Positions 62,819 through 64,000 of a DNA stretch of 64,000 bases are shown here, piece by piece. A program made the translations under genes and the position numbers. The stretch's first letter is position 1, and every line of letters begins with the position of its first letter. Location of the stretch: positions 14,352-78,351 of IMG/VR virus record IMGVR_UViG_3300045988_131144. The stretch is one strand, 5' to 3'. Under the pieces are notes generated by a model. It was not told where the DNA came from. It saw only the letters and a list, made by a program, of their open reading frames with translations, and searched no databases. The stretch is from a virus.

Positions 62819-63192
62819 TTAACAGACTGCTTGACAAATTTATTAATAACGAAATGGAACGACACGGATTCGTTCTGACCGATGAGAACGGGTATGGCGC
62901 ATATTACGAGCGTCGGGACAAGCGCGGGTTTGACCATGTAATCTGCGTATTGCATAAAGCAAAGGGTAAGCCAATCGTGCAGAGTTATGACAAGAAAACA
63001 CATATCACCAAGGACAATTACTTCATTAACAGTGTATGCGGCTTTGAAGTTTCTCTTCTTCCCCTGCTATGGCTTAAAGCCAAAGTACTCGCTCACAAGT
63101 ATGGGTGGGAGAACTGGAATTGGGTAGGCCCTTCGGACAAAACAAAAAAAGAATTAAAGCGAATAAGGAGAGAAAGGAAGCACAACAGATGA
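62815..63192 (+). CDS. hypothetical protein
   Basis: 125-aa ORF. Confidence 0.5.
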   Translation: MINRLLDKFINNEMERHGFVLTDENGYGAYYERRDKRGFDHVICVLHKAKGKPIVQSYDKKTHITKDNYFINSVCGFEVSLLPLLWLKAKVLAHKYGWENWNWVGPSDKTKKELKRIRRERKHNR

Positions 63193-63401
63193 CTAAATCA
63201 AATCGCGCCGCACTTATATGCGGCTTGGCAGAAAGTCTGAAAGAGAGCGTTTCAGATTACGAGGATGCAGAAACGAGGGCTAATTGGAAACCCGTGGGCG
63301 GACAAGCCGTGACATTAGAGAACTCCTGCACTTCTATCGTCCGCAAGTGCAGGACGCTACGTGCTGAATTGAATGTGCTCATTCACGAGATGAAAGGCTG
63401 A
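63189..63401 (+). CDS. hypothetical protein
   Basis: ATGA coupling; MTKSNRAALICGLAESL... Confidence 0.4.
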   Translation: MTKSNRAALICGLAESLKESVSDYEDAETRANWKPVGGQAVTLENSCTSIVRKCRTLRAELNVLIHEMKG

Positions 63402-63406
63402 AAAAG

Positions 63407-63601
63407 ATGAAGCACGGAATTGGGAACGTAGTGAGGGTTAACGACTTGATGTACAAAGGGTGTGAGCCTCATTGGAAATGCGTAAAATGCGGGGACTGTG
63501 CACCATTCCACTGTTTTTCAAAGAAAGAGTTCGCCGAGCTCAAGTGCAAGCATAGCGTAAGCCATTCATTCAATCGACAGGAGGATAACCATTATGGCTG
63601 A
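63407..63601 (+). CDS. Cys-rich small protein
   Basis: 64-aa ORF. Confidence 0.4.
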   Translation: MKHGIGNVVRVNDLMYKGCEPHWKCVKCGDCAPFHCFSKKEFAELKCKHSVSHSFNRQEDNHYG

Positions 63602-63830
63602 ATTAAAACCGTGCCCGTTCTGCGGCGGTAAACTGAACTTTTACCGAGAGAACTATGTGAATCGTTTCGGAAAGCGCGTCATTGAGCAATACTGGATGCA
63701 CGATGATACAGATTGTGTCCTTAACGACATAAATCAACCTTTTGTTTTAGGGGCTGGAGATGCAAACCCGGAAACGGGTTATCCAGGAGAGTATGCTGAA
63801 AAATGGAACAGGAGGGCTGACAATGGCTGA
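63594..63830 (+). CDS. Lar-family-like zinc-ribbon protein
   Basis: MAELKPCPFCGG...AEKWNRRA. Confidence 0.65.
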   Translation: MAELKPCPFCGGKLNFYRENYVNRFGKRVIEQYWMHDDTDCVLNDINQPFVLGAGDANPETGYPGEYAEKWNRRADNG

Positions 63831-64000
63831 ATACAAAATCTGCTTTAGCGTGGCTGGGGCGTTCGGCGCTCAAATCAGCTTTGAGGCAAAACCCGGCGTA
63901 TCCTATGAGGACGCTGCGGCATCTATTGACAAGGAAAAGCTGGTCCGGTTGATGTGCCTCGACACCTTGGGCTACTCCGCAAAGGACATTGAGGTTATCA
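63823..64000 (+). CDS. hypothetical protein (3'-truncated by window end)
   Basis: MAEYKICFSVAGAFGAQISFEAK...; overlaps the upstream stop. Confidence 0.35.
   Translation, partial: MAEYKICFSVAGAFGAQISFEAKPGVSYEDAAASIDKEKLVRLMCLDTLGYSAKDIEVI

Noticed and set aside
1-64000. Prophage-host junctions, tRNA/tmRNA integration targets and rRNA genes
   Set aside because: No host-like housekeeping gene is present, scanning by eye found no tRNA-like T-loop or acceptor pattern, and phage genes run to both window edges.

Overview
The whole 64 kb window reads as temperate tailed-phage DNA (Firmicutes/Clostridia-style RBSs and promoters); I see no recognisable host flank, rRNA, tRNA or CRISPR array. Layout: (1) 1-31 kb, plus strand: nucleotide-metabolism genes, terminase, portal, head, tail, a 1549-aa tape measure, distal tail/fibre genes and an NlpC/P60-type endolysin. 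(2) 31-32.3 kb, minus strand: a tyrosine integrase plus a small RHH gene behind a perfect TTGACA-N17-TATAAT promoter. (3) 32.3-44.5 kb, minus strand: a promoter/terminator-bounded membrane-protein moron, then an early operon with SSB, an XRE HTH, HNH, several Lar-like zinc ribbons, an N6-adenine MTase, an antirepressor and two iteron-bearing non-coding gaps. (4) 44.5-46.4 kb: a plus-strand island (RHH-like protein, small ORFs, J-domain protein) framed by an inverted pair of identical promoter/operator modules. (5) 46.45-47.7 kb: a 1.2-kb ORF-poor region of extreme, segmented base composition (tandem TA-repeat plus T-poor CA/GA-rich modules, a polypyrimidine tract, strong hairpins). I rank this the most unusual stretch. 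(6) 47.7-58.8 kb, minus strand: SPFH protein, HD hydrolase, many small Cys-rich paralogs, two adjacent amino-MTases, dCMP deaminase, ASCH and a C5-cytosine MTase. (7) 59-64 kb, plus strand: a sigma-factor operon with a radical-SAM enzyme and tandem paralogs. Other signals are a 32-35 bp conserved element heading three operons (including the sigma operon), and an antisense promoter-ORF-terminator cassette inside the tail module. The phage also carries four DNA MTases and at least six Lar-like domains, plus a ThyX-like ORF with an in-frame HNH endonuclease. All functional calls rest on motifs read by eye and on gene order; no database search was run.
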